Origin: Actinomycetota bacterium
Lineage (GTDB): Bacteria; Actinomycetota; Aquicultoria; UBA3085; Oleimmundimicrobiaceae
Direction: 5' to 3'
DNA: 55,919 nucleotides
Assembly (NCBI GenBank): GCA_037441605.1
Contig: JBBIRY010000002.1
Span: 1-55,919, forward strand
A model generated the notes under the pieces. That model did no database searches and had not been told where the DNA came from. It saw only the letters and a list, made by a program, of their open reading frames with translations. A program made the translations under genes and the position numbers. Of this stretch, positions 1-9,403 are shown piece after piece. How positions within the stretch are numbered: the stretch's first letter is position 1; each line of letters opens with the position of its first letter.

Positions 1-141
1 ATCGATCACTCTTGCCGAATCTTCCTTTAAGCCCTTTGCAAGCTCCTTTATTTTGCCGCCGGCGATGATGATGTCGAAAAGATCGTCTATTCCGCTTGCC
101 GGATCGATTACCCTTGCGCCTTTTATCAAAATATCAGACAT
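1..141 (-). CDS. pyrC: dihydroorotase, N-terminal fragment (gene runs off the window start)
   Basis: Not in the ORF track. A minus-strand ATG at 141-139 lies next to the pyrB stop (136-134). The translation MSDILIKGARVIDPASGIDDLFDIIIAGGKIKELAKGLKEDSARVID looks like a dihydroorotase N-terminus. The position after pyrR-pyrB fits. Confidence 0.6.
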   Translation of the reverse strand, partial: MSDILIKGARVIDPASGIDDLFDIIIAGGKIKELAKGLKEDSARVID

Positions 142-1054
142 CTTCTCTCCTTCCCTCAAGGGCATAACAGAGGGTTGCCATCCTTACGGCCAAACCATTC
201 TTGACTTGATCCCAGATTGAGCTCAAGCGAGGATGATCAGCGCTGAGCGAAATCTCAACGCCCGGGTTCATGGGGCCGGGATGCATGATCAAAAGATCAT
301 TGCCGGCAAGATCGAGCCTTCTTTGATTTAAAGCAAAGAGCCTAGCATACTCTCTGATCGACGGAAGGAGCGCTCCCCGTTCTCTCTCGTTTTGTATTCT
401 AAGCATGTATATGACATCCAATTTGGCGATCGTCTTATCAAGATCATAGCTTACGGCAACCCCCATCTTCTCAATCTCTTTTGGCATCATGATCGAGGGA
501 CCTACAACTACCACGTCTGCTCCCATCATCGTGAATGCCAGGATATTCGACCGCGCCACCCGGCTGTGGGAGATATCGCCAACGATTCCGACCTTCAAAC
601 CTAAGAGAGTCCCTTTCTTTTCTTTGATGGTATAGAGGTCGAGAAGAGCTTGGGTTGGATGCTCGTGGCTGCCGTCGCCCCCGTTTATCACCGGCGGCTC
701 AATCCTGTTTGCTAAAAGCTCGGCCGCTCCGGAGCTTGCATGACGGATGATAATCGCGTCCGCTCCAAGAGCCTCGATCGTTTTGGCGGTGTCGGTTAGA
801 GTCTCGCCCTTAGTGAGGCTGCTGGATTTGGCTGAGATGTTTATCACATCCGCGCTTAAACGCTTGGCGGCAAGCTCAAAAGAGGCTCTGGTTCTTGTGC
901 TCGGTTCAGCAAAGAAGTTGACTATGGTTCGGCCTCTCAAGGTCGGAACCTTCTTAATGGAACGCTCCCCCACTTCCTTGAATGAGTCCGCAAGGAGCAG
1001 AATTCGATTTATCTCGTCTTTAGTCAAGTCGGAAATGCTTAAAAGGTCCTTCAA
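134..1054 (-). CDS. pyrB: aspartate carbamoyltransferase catalytic subunit
   Basis: 306 aa ORF with the ATCase motifs STRTRASFE, HPTQALLD and HPGPMN. The TTG start lies 1 nt after the pyrR stop. Confidence 0.95.
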   Translation of the reverse strand: MKDLLSISDLTKDEINRILLLADSFKEVGERSIKKVPTLRGRTIVNFFAEPSTRTRASFELAAKRLSADVINISAKSSSLTKGETLTDTAKTIEALGADAIIIRHASSGAAELLANRIEPPVINGGDGSHEHPTQALLDLYTIKEKKGTLLGLKVGIVGDISHSRVARSNILAFTMMGADVVVVGPSIMMPKEIEKMGVAVSYDLDKTIAKLDVIYMLRIQNERERGALLPSIREYARLFALNQRRLDLAGNDLLIMHPGPMNPGVEISLSADHPRLSSIWDQVKNGLAVRMATLCYALEGRREDV

Positions 1055-1055
1055 A

Positions 1056-1674
<619 letters not shown>

Positions 1675-1712
1675 CCGGGATGCAAAATATTTTAGATGTC
1701 TTCATTTTATAT

Positions 1713-1746
1713 ACTCCTTACCGGCTTCACGGAGCCGACTTAAAGG
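1713..1746 (-). promoter_or_regulatory. candidate PyrR-binding hairpin in the pyr leader RNA
   Basis: The minus strand reads CUUUAAGUCGGCUCCGUGAAGCCGGUAAGGAG. This is a hairpin (CGGCU/AGCCG) flanked by UUUAAGUC and UAAGGAG, loosely like the PyrR binding loop consensus (UUUAA..GUCCAGAGAGGCU...AAGG). The loop itself diverges. Confidence 0.35.
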
Positions 1747-1754
1747 TCAACGTA

Positions 1755-1783
1755 ATATTAGCAAGCTATAAAAAAGCTGTCAA
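1755..1783 (-). promoter_or_regulatory. sigma-70 type promoter for the pyrR operon
   Basis: The minus strand has TTGACA (1783-1778, overlapping the acyP stop), a 17 nt spacer, then TAATAT (1760-1755). Confidence 0.55.
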
Positions 1784-2070
1784 TAAGCCACCCTAAAACC
1801 TCGCTCTATTTGCCTTGGGATCGACCACTCTACCGAGATCTTTTCGACGACAGCTTGGGGCGGTCCCTCTTTTGCCCAAGCTATCACGGTCTCTATCGCT
1901 TTTTTCTCTCCTTGGAGAAGAGCTTCGACCGACCCGTCGCTAAGATTCTTGGCCCAACCGGAGATCGAATTCTCTTCGGCCACCATTAGAAGGGACGCCC
2001 TATAGAATACGCCTTGGACTTTTCCGTTTATGAAGACTCGGGCCTGATACAGCTCTTCTTCTCCACTCAT
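1780..2070 (-). CDS. acyP: acylphosphatase
   Basis: 96 aa with the V-x-G-x-VQGV-x-(F/Y)R motif (INGKVQGVFYR) and GWAKNLSDGSVE. It overlaps the upstream gene by 4 nt. Confidence 0.9.
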   Translation of the reverse strand: MSGEEELYQARVFINGKVQGVFYRASLLMVAEENSISGWAKNLSDGSVEALLQGEKKAIETVIAWAKEGPPQAVVEKISVEWSIPRQIERGFRVAY

Positions 2071-3413
2071 TTCTCTTTGTGCCTTTCGACAGTGAAAGAG
2101 AATAATTCATATTTCTCGTCCCCTCGGATTCCCGCTTTTGACTTCGCGATCTCTATCTGATCAGAGGTGTTTTCAATCCCCTCTAAATCGGGAAGAAGCA
2201 GGCCGCGTCTTCCAAAAGACTCAACAAGGACTCCGTGTATCTTGGGATCTAGGAGACCTACGTCTTCAACCGGCGCAGGATTTGAAAGTATGTCCACAGA
2301 ATAATCTATCATCGCAAGCTCGCTTTCGCTTAATGGGGGGAACCTCGGATCGGAGGAGGCCGCAAGTATGGCGTTCTCGACTATCTCTTCTGCCAGGTTC
2401 TTTTTCGTCGCTAAGAAGGTTCCCATGCACCCCCTTAAAGTGCCGCCTTTCTTTAGGCTCACAAAGACGCCGCCTCTCTTGGTAAAAAGAGGATTTGATT
2501 TATCTAAGGCGCCTCTTAGGACCTTGCCCTCCCTTATGAAACTCTCGACTGCTGCTCTGGCAAGAGTGGCGGGACCTAAATCAGGAATCTTCTTATCAAT
2601 AGAATCGGAGGGAGAGATTGTGGCAACGAGATAACCGACCCCAAAAGGCCCCTCGTAGGAGAGAAGTTTGGCTTTATAATCTAGCAAAGAGAAGGCTCCG
2701 GCAAGAACGGCTAGGGGGCGCAGGCCGCATTCGCCGGCCGCCTCTATCAGAATCGGATCCAAATTCATGACCTCGCCTAAATCGCTCTTGCTAACCAGAT
2801 CTTTGATCTTTAAGTCGAATTCTTCCCCTCTCGGATCGAAAAAATCAAACGAGGATCTGCTTAGCCTGTGAGAGAGATCGCCGCTAGCGATAAGTGCGAT
2901 CTTCCGCGAAGAGGTTTTAGAGAGAGCTGAGATCACCTCGCCTAGCCTGAAGTGATCGGCAAGGCATAAGTTTGATATGGAAACTGAGACGAGCGGCTTT
3001 TTTAGCTTTTTGAAGATGAAGTGAAGGGGAACAAGAATCCCATGGTCGAGAGGAAAAGAGATTTCAAAAGAGCCGCCTTCAAGCGAGACAACGCCAAGAT
3101 CATTTCTTTCCGCCTCTTTAGCGAGCGCCTCAGCAAAATCCCTATCGCCTTCGACTTCAAAGCCGATGTCCGCCCTTCCAAAGTCGGCAAAAGAGCCGGA
3201 AAAAGATGGAGCCATCCTTATGGCGAAAGCGCCGTTGATGATGGGGCTATGGGGCGATATCATTACGAGAAGATCAGGATCGGCCTCTTGAATCGCTTCG
3301 GCCATTTGGTCCATGGCCGATGAAGTCGCCTTGACCCCCTTCAAATATCCCTTGCCGATCTTAGGAATCAGAAGCGGCGGATGGGGCGTTATGACCCCTA
3401 TCACTAACGCCAT
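2067..3413 (-). CDS. fusion protein: class III extradiol dioxygenase (LigB-like) N-terminal domain plus AMMECR1 C-terminal domain
   Basis: The N-terminal half (ITPHPPLL, ISPHSP, ASGDLSHR) looks LigB/class-III dioxygenase-like. The C-terminal half carries the AMMECR1 signature GVFVSLKKGGTLRGCMGTF. Confidence 0.8.
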   Translation of the reverse strand: MALVIGVITPHPPLLIPKIGKGYLKGVKATSSAMDQMAEAIQEADPDLLVMISPHSPIINGAFAIRMAPSFSGSFADFGRADIGFEVEGDRDFAEALAKEAERNDLGVVSLEGGSFEISFPLDHGILVPLHFIFKKLKKPLVSVSISNLCLADHFRLGEVISALSKTSSRKIALIASGDLSHRLSRSSFDFFDPRGEEFDLKIKDLVSKSDLGEVMNLDPILIEAAGECGLRPLAVLAGAFSLLDYKAKLLSYEGPFGVGYLVATISPSDSIDKKIPDLGPATLARAAVESFIREGKVLRGALDKSNPLFTKRGGVFVSLKKGGTLRGCMGTFLATKKNLAEEIVENAILAASSDPRFPPLSESELAMIDYSVDILSNPAPVEDVGLLDPKIHGVLVESFGRRGLLLPDLEGIENTSDQIEIAKSKAGIRGDEKYELFSFTVERHKEK

Positions 3414-3419
3414 TTCGGC

Positions 3420-4763
3420 TCACCCCACTTTGATAAAACTCCCAGCAAGAGACCAACTTCTCGCTATCTCAATCTTTACATGTGCTAAGGTATTTATCAA
3501 GTCCTTGGGACCCTTGAAGTTTACCACCCGATTACATTCTGTATGCCCCGTCAAAACCGTCTCATCTTTCTTGCTTGCTCCCTCAACGAGAACGAGTTTT
3601 GTCGATCCGACAAGCTCGCGATTTAGCTCTAGGCCTATCTGATCTTGAAGTTTAAGCAAGCGGCCAAACCTTTCGTCCACAACGTCTTTTGCAATTTCTC
3701 CCTCCATATCGAAAGCGCGGGTCCCCTTGCGTGGAGAATAGATAAAGGTGAAGGCGTTGCCAAATCTTGCCTCCTTAACGACTTCGAGAGTCTCTGCGAA
3801 ATCCTCCTCAAGCTCGCCCGGAAAGCCGACCATTATATCGGTCGTTATATTGCAGCCCTCTATTCGGTCTTTAATGTTTTTAACTATCTTAAGATAATCC
3901 TGCCGGCTATAACCCCGTCCCATCTTTTTAAGGATTGAGTTCGACCCGGACTGAAGGGGAAGGTGAATATGGCGGCATATTTTCTCCGTAGAGGCGATCG
4001 TCTCTATAAGATCGTGGCTTAGGTCTTTGGGATGAGAGGTGGTGAACCTGATCCTTTCAATGCCCTTAACTTTGGAGACCTCCCCCAAAAGACGGGAAAA
4101 GCTTGGCTTGCCATAGATATCACTCCCAAAAGAATTTACGTTTTGACCAAGAAGGGTAATTTCCAGGGTTCCTTCATCTGCAAGGCGCTCAACCTCAAGG
4201 CGGATATCCTCAATCGGTCTGCTCTCTTCTCTGCCTCTGACAAAAGGGACTATGCAATAGGAACAGAAGTTGTTGCAGCCGGTTGATATGGTCACCCAGG
4301 ACCTGCTCGGGCTTTGCCTTTCGGTGGCAAACCTCTCGCTCGACCCTTCCATGGCGGTTTTGGCCAGGCTTCCCCCGCCCGCTTCAACTTCATTTAAAAG
4401 CGAGGCTATCGAGAGAAAATTCTTGGTTCCAAAGACGAGGTCTATATGGTCGAACCTGTCGAGCAGGCTCTCCCCCTCATTCTGGGCGACGCAGCCTCCG
4501 ACGGCTATCCTTAAGTTTGGCTTTTCTTCCTTGACCCTTTTTAAGGCCTGCAGGTGGCCGAAGAACCGATTCTCGGCGTTCCCCCGAACGCAGCATGTAT
4601 TAAAGACGATAAGATCGGCAGATAGGATCTCTTCGGTCGGACTAAATCCCTCTTCCACAAGAACGGTTGCCATCTTCTCCGAATCGTGCAAATTCATCTG
4701 ACAGCCGAAGGTTTTAATAAAGAAGCTTCTTTTTTTAGTCGAATCGGTTTTCTTATCCATCAT
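3420..4763 (-). CDS. miaB: tRNA-2-methylthio-N6-dimethylallyladenosine synthase (radical SAM methylthiotransferase)
   Basis: N-terminal FIKTFGCQMN, radical SAM cluster CNNFCSYC, and a C-terminal TRAM-like region. Confidence 0.9.
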   Translation of the reverse strand: MMDKKTDSTKKRSFFIKTFGCQMNLHDSEKMATVLVEEGFSPTEEILSADLIVFNTCCVRGNAENRFFGHLQALKRVKEEKPNLRIAVGGCVAQNEGESLLDRFDHIDLVFGTKNFLSIASLLNEVEAGGGSLAKTAMEGSSERFATERQSPSRSWVTISTGCNNFCSYCIVPFVRGREESRPIEDIRLEVERLADEGTLEITLLGQNVNSFGSDIYGKPSFSRLLGEVSKVKGIERIRFTTSHPKDLSHDLIETIASTEKICRHIHLPLQSGSNSILKKMGRGYSRQDYLKIVKNIKDRIEGCNITTDIMVGFPGELEEDFAETLEVVKEARFGNAFTFIYSPRKGTRAFDMEGEIAKDVVDERFGRLLKLQDQIGLELNRELVGSTKLVLVEGASKKDETVLTGHTECNRVVNFKGPKDLINTLAHVKIEIARSWSLAGSFIKVG

Positions 4764-4823
4764 TTTGTCCCTCGATAATTTTTTAGATTAAGATTATAAC
4801 TCAATTGCGCCCTTTTAACCCCT

Positions 4824-4852
4824 TTGTGCTGGCCAATGATAAATGCTAAGAT
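4824..4852 (+). promoter_or_regulatory. candidate promoter, possibly giving a leaderless transcript
   Basis: TTGTGC (4824-4829), a 17 nt spacer, then TGcTAAGAT (-10 at 4847-4852). Only 6 nt separate the -10 from ATG 4859, and no SD is visible. Confidence 0.4.
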
Positions 4853-4858
4853 TTGCCC

Positions 4859-5908
4859 ATGATAGAAGAGATAAGGAAGGCCATAGACAAAGAGCTGGCA
4901 AGCTTTCTCGATGACGCCGAGAAGAAATATGCTTTTAGCTCAATCTCGCCCTTGCTTGGCTCAAGCCTTAGAGAATACGTCCTTAGGGACGGCAAAAGGG
5001 TTCGCCCCTCCCTCTTCATCCTCCTTCATGACGGCTATTTTGAGGGGGGGACGCCGCCAAAAGGTCTTTACCGCTCGGCGATTGCAACCGAACTCCTCCA
5101 CGCCTTTCTTTTGATTCATGACGATATTGTCGACCGTTCCGAGATGAGACGGGGACTTCCGGCCATGCACCGCTTACTGGATGCCGGCATCAAGGAGCTT
5201 CCGTTTTTGAGCTTCAACGGCGATGATCTGGCCATAATCTTAGGCGATATAGTCTATTCGCTCGCCATAGAGGCCTTTCTTTCAATCGAAACCGATCCCA
5301 CCCTTAAAGAGAGGGCTTTTTTGAAATTTGTAGAATCCGCCCTTCTGACCGGCTGCGGAGAGTTCATAGAGATGCTTGCCGGGGCAAAAAAGGTTGATGA
5401 TGTCTCAAGGGAGACAATTTATTCAATCTACGACTTTAAGACCTCTCACTATACCTTCGTCTCACCGATGTTGGCCGGGGCCATTTTGGCGAATGCTCCA
5501 AACTCTGAGCTTGAAGCCCTTAGTGAGCTTGGACTGTCGCTTGGAAGGGCATTCCAGATCAATGACGATATACTCGGAGTCTTTGGAGACGAAAAGATTA
5601 CCGGAAAATCATCCCTTACCGATATCGCCGAAAAGAAGAAGACGCTTCTCCTCTTTCATGCCTATCAAAACGCAAGGCCAACCCAGAAAGAGAAGATTGA
5701 GATGATCCTATCCAAAAACGATATCGAGACCAAAGACCTTGATGAGATCAAACAAATAATGGTCGATACCGGCTCTCTTGGATACGCAAAGAGTGAGATC
5801 GAAAGATTAAGAGAGTTCTCATTTGAGCTTTTGCTTAAGACGAAGGTTAAGGAGACGCAGCAGAAGGATCTGACTTTACTCATAGAAAAAATCTTACCCA
5901 AAATATGA
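4859..5908 (+). CDS. polyprenyl diphosphate synthase (GGPP/FPP synthase family)
   Basis: Two aspartate-rich motifs, LLIHDDIVDRS and FQINDDILG. The start is either ATG 4859 or the ORF-track TTG 4853. Confidence 0.85.
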   Translation: MIEEIRKAIDKELASFLDDAEKKYAFSSISPLLGSSLREYVLRDGKRVRPSLFILLHDGYFEGGTPPKGLYRSAIATELLHAFLLIHDDIVDRSEMRRGLPAMHRLLDAGIKELPFLSFNGDDLAIILGDIVYSLAIEAFLSIETDPTLKERAFLKFVESALLTGCGEFIEMLAGAKKVDDVSRETIYSIYDFKTSHYTFVSPMLAGAILANAPNSELEALSELGLSLGRAFQINDDILGVFGDEKITGKSSLTDIAEKKKTLLLFHAYQNARPTQKEKIEMILSKNDIETKDLDEIKQIMVDTGSLGYAKSEIERLREFSFELLLKTKVKETQQKDLTLLIEKILPKI

Positions 5909-6084
5909 ACTGATGATTACGGATAGGACGGTCATGAAGATCGCCTTTAGGTCCTCATAGAAGCGGAGAGGCGAATAAAGGCCGAGCATGAACGAAGCGG
6001 CTATTGTGGCGGCCATTAGCTGCATATATTCTGACATAATAAGATTCTATGCTTTTATCGAACTCCTTTCAAATTGAGGTTAAA

Positions 6085-6972
6085 ATGCCCAGTCCCAATG
6101 AAAGGACCCTCATAGAGGCGGGTTACAAAAAAGCTAAGTCAATAACCAGAACTCATGCGAGAACCTTCTATTTTGCGTCCCACCTTTTACCTAAAGACAA
6201 GAGATATGCATCTTACTCTATCTATGCGCTCTGCCGTTTGATCGATGACGCTGTCGATGAGGATGCCAAAGATCATCCCTCTCTGGAAGAACTCGAATCC
6301 GTAGTCGATTCGATCTATGCGGGAGCCCATCAAAGCGATCCTCTCTTTGCGGCCATTGCAAAGACTGTCCAAAAATATGGCATGGAGCGGGAGCATTTAA
6401 AAGAGGTTATTGCCGGTGTCAAGATGGACCTTGAAGGCGTATCGATTCAAAGTTTCGATGAACTTGCGATCTATTGCTATCGGGTGGCCGGTGTCGTCGG
6501 TGTGATGATGACCATGATTTTTGGTTTTTCCGATCCGAGGGTTAAGAATTACGCAGTTTTAATGGGAGGCGCCATGCAGCTCACCAATATCCTTCGAGAT
6601 GTAGGCGAGGATTACAAGATGGGCCGGGTTTATCTGCCTCACGATGAACTCGAGAGATTTTCAGTTCTTCCAACCGATTTTAAAAGAGGCCTTATAACCG
6701 AGCCGCTTAGAGAATTTCTTAAGTTTCAGATCGAAAGGGCTCGATCACTATATCTCGAAGCCGAAAAGGGGGTCGGGCTGATCTTGGGTAAGCGCTCTCG
6801 CCTGGTGGTGCTCGCCATGTCCCGAATCTATGCGGCCATCTTGAAATCGATCGAAGAGAACGATTATGACGTCTTCAAAGAAAGGGCGTCAGTCGGCTCC
6901 TTAAGAAAATTCGCAATCCTTTTAGGGCTACTCTTCAAGTTTCCATTCATGAAATTAACCCAACCAAAATGA
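6085..6972 (+). CDS. crtB: phytoene/squalene synthase family protein
   Basis: ARTFYFAS, LCRLIDDAVDE, YCYRVAGVVG and NILRDVGEDYKMGRVYLP. I prefer ATG 6085 (GAGGT lies 4 nt upstream) over the ORF-track start at 6049. Confidence 0.8.
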   Translation: MPSPNERTLIEAGYKKAKSITRTHARTFYFASHLLPKDKRYASYSIYALCRLIDDAVDEDAKDHPSLEELESVVDSIYAGAHQSDPLFAAIAKTVQKYGMEREHLKEVIAGVKMDLEGVSIQSFDELAIYCYRVAGVVGVMMTMIFGFSDPRVKNYAVLMGGAMQLTNILRDVGEDYKMGRVYLPHDELERFSVLPTDFKRGLITEPLREFLKFQIERARSLYLEAEKGVGLILGKRSRLVVLAMSRIYAAILKSIEENDYDVFKERASVGSLRKFAILLGLLFKFPFMKLTQPK

Positions 6973-7715
6973 ATCGCGTCCAAGACGATTCTGGATGAGG
7001 CGATGACTGAGACGGACCTCTGCCCGGTTGAGTGCTGGCCCCGGCATAATAGACGCCTTTCCTTTTTGGATCGATATTGGATGGACAAAAGAGGGCGCTC
7101 TTAAAAGAAGTTGCGAGCAAGTCCAAAGATCGCTCCAAAGCATACGGATAATCCGCGTTTATGACAACCGTGTTGAAAGGCAAGCTGGAGCGGCCACCTT
7201 CTATCTGATAACCCTCCTCCCTTTTCACTATCGATTTGACTTCACTTTCGTAGTTGGACTTGACCCCATTCTCTTTTGCCTGTCTTTCTAAAGATTTTGG
7301 CACCTTATATATACCTCCCATCGGATAGGAAATCTTCTGAACGTGATCGCTGTAGGTTATGATGCGGCGGGAAGCCGGGGTCTTGAAAGGCGATACCCCT
7401 ATGAAGATGGCCTCAAAGGTGAAGACGTAAGCGAGCCTTTCGGTCTTGAAGTGTTTTTTGACAATATTCCAAAAGCTCTGACCGACTTTGAGCTTGCCCA
7501 AAAGATTGGGGTAGGAGGGTTTAAGAATCGGTCTTGATAAATGTTATATAGGAGGGTCCGGCATCGAACTTATAGCCTTGATCCTCGATGATGTTGGCCC
7601 GTCCGCCCGGTCTAGAAAGTTTATCAAAGACTTCAACCTCATAGCCATGGCTTGAGAGGCGGGCAGCCGTGGCAAGCCCTCCGACTCCCGCACCGACTAC
7701 AGCTATCCTGCTCAA
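6947..7715 (-). pseudogene. crtI: decayed phytoene desaturase (CrtI/CrtN family) remnant
   Basis: The 64 aa N-terminal piece has the FAD fold VVGAGVGGLATA...GGRA...FDAGPS. After a frame change comes a 184 aa piece matching mid-CrtI (FIGVSPF, YPMGGI, VINAD) and the C-terminus (SALFCPSNID...VYYAGASTQPG). The expected final helix (SVIASSRIVLDAI) is in a third frame. About 250 codons are present, versus roughly 490 in the intact enzymes I recall. Confidence 0.75.
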
Positions 7716-7736
7716 TTCATAACACCTTCTCTTCCG

Positions 7737-8546
7737 TCAGCCGAGGGCGACATCCAAAATCATCATTACCACAAAACCGATCAGAAGTCCTACCGTTGCC
7801 AGATCGGAGCCGACCTCAGATTGGGCCTGCGGTATCAATTCCTCGGAAACCACATATATCATGGCCCCGGCCCCAAATGCCAAAGCATATGGAAGGATCG
7901 GTCTTGCTACCAAGACTGCTGCTGCCCCGATAAGAGCCGCTATCGGTTCAACCGCAGCCGAGAGCTGACCGTACCAGAAGCTCTTCAAGGCGCTTAAGCC
8001 CTCTCTTCTCAACGGGGCCGCAACGGCCAGCCCTTCGGGTATGTTTTGAATCCCAATTCCAAGAGCCAATACAAAAGCAGCCGCCAGAGCGGCTTGTCCG
8101 TGTGTTGAAGCGTAAGCTCCGAAAGCGACCCCGATCGCAAGACCTTCGGGTATGTTGTGGATGGTTATTGCCAACATCAAGAGAGTCGACCTTCGCCAAG
8201 ATGTGGCGAGTTCTTCGGTCATATTCTCAGGCAGACTAAAGTGAAGATGGGGTATCAGCTTATTTATGCCGGCCATGAATGCTCCCCCCAAAAGAAAGCC
8301 TACCGCAGCCGGAAGCCAAGGTAAAATGCCGCTTTCTGCAGAAAGATCGATCGCCGGCGCAAGGAGCGACCAATAGCTCGCCGCAAGCATGACGCCCGAT
8401 GCGAACCCAAGCATCAAGCTGAGCGAAGATTTCGAAAAACTTCTTCTAAAGAAGATGGTCGTTGCGCCCAGTGCAGTCAGAAACCAGGTGAAGCTGCCTG
8501 CTATAAAGGCTTGAATTAAAGGATTTAATTCCAAAAGACGGTCCAA
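7737..8546 (-). CDS. zupT: ZIP family divalent metal (zinc) transporter
   Basis: 269 aa polytopic membrane protein with repeated HNIPEGLA / QNIPEGLA ZIP motifs. Confidence 0.85.
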   Translation of the reverse strand: MDRLLELNPLIQAFIAGSFTWFLTALGATTIFFRRSFSKSSLSLMLGFASGVMLAASYWSLLAPAIDLSAESGILPWLPAAVGFLLGGAFMAGINKLIPHLHFSLPENMTEELATSWRRSTLLMLAITIHNIPEGLAIGVAFGAYASTHGQAALAAAFVLALGIGIQNIPEGLAVAAPLRREGLSALKSFWYGQLSAAVEPIAALIGAAAVLVARPILPYALAFGAGAMIYVVSEELIPQAQSEVGSDLATVGLLIGFVVMMILDVALG

Positions 8547-8571
8547 CCGATCATCTCCAAATCGATGAGTC

Positions 8572-9387
8572 TTAGGTTTTGATTTTTGCCGATTTTAGGG
8601 CTTCGAAAAGATCGTCTGGAACCTTAATCGTCCCAAGCTGAAACTTATTTGGCTCGCCGTGAAAGTCCGAGCCTCCCGTCATCAAGAGACCGAGTTTTTT
8701 GGCTATATTCCGATACTTATCCACATCTTGCGGCAAATGTTCGCTATGGTAGATTTCTATGCCAGCCAAACCGGCATCGATGAAACATTTGATATATTGA
8801 TCAACCTTGGTTATGGCCGGATGAGCTAAAACGGGAATCCCGCCAAGACGAAGAATCAATGATATGACTTCCGTAGGGGAAAAGATATATTTTTCGACGT
8901 AACAAGGCCCTCCCCTGCCAATGTATTTATCGAAAGCCTCTTGAATCGTGGAGACAAAACCCTTCGCCACCATGACCCGTGAAATATGAGCCCTTCCCCA
9001 GGAGGAGTTGTTGCTTACAACTGAGCTCAAATCTTCCAAGGTTATATCGATTCCTTCCCTCCTCAAGGCGGCTATCATCTTTATCGCCCTATCCTTCCTG
9101 GCTTCCCTAAGAAAACGCAGGTGGGCTAGGAATGATTTATCATTGTAATCGATATAATATCCCAAGATATGGACGTCTCGGCCATCAAGATCGGAGCTGA
9201 GTTCAATGGCTGGAATAACCGCTAATTCGGTTTCGTCGGCATAAGCCAACGCTTCGTCCAAGGAATCGACGCTGTCATGATCAGTTATGGCGATCGCTTT
9301 AAGCTGTGCTTCCATGCACTTATCAATGAGCTCTTTGGGCGCAAGAAGGCCATCAGAAGCGGTTGTGTGAAGATGAAGGTCGATCAA
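8572..9387 (-). CDS. PHP-domain metal-dependent phosphoesterase (TrpH/YciV-like)
   Basis: N-terminal IDLHLHTTASDG, then ITDHDS and GGSDFHG, typical of the PHP family. Confidence 0.8.
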   Translation of the reverse strand: MIDLHLHTTASDGLLAPKELIDKCMEAQLKAIAITDHDSVDSLDEALAYADETELAVIPAIELSSDLDGRDVHILGYYIDYNDKSFLAHLRFLREARKDRAIKMIAALRREGIDITLEDLSSVVSNNSSWGRAHISRVMVAKGFVSTIQEAFDKYIGRGGPCYVEKYIFSPTEVISLILRLGGIPVLAHPAITKVDQYIKCFIDAGLAGIEIYHSEHLPQDVDKYRNIAKKLGLLMTGGSDFHGEPNKFQLGTIKVPDDLFEALKSAKIKT

Positions 9388-9403
9388 TCAATCAGCTCCA
9401 TAA

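Noticed and set aside
5894-6037. A 47 aa minus-strand ORF (MSEYMQLMAATIAASFMLGLYSPLRFYEDLKAIFMTVLSVIISSYFG) with two hydrophobic segments, between the prenyl synthase and crtB.
   Set aside because: It has no SD, overlaps the 3' end of the prenyl synthase, shows no motif I recognise, and is short enough to arise by chance. It could be a small membrane protein or a lycopene-cyclase-like remnant, but the sequence alone does not support calling it.
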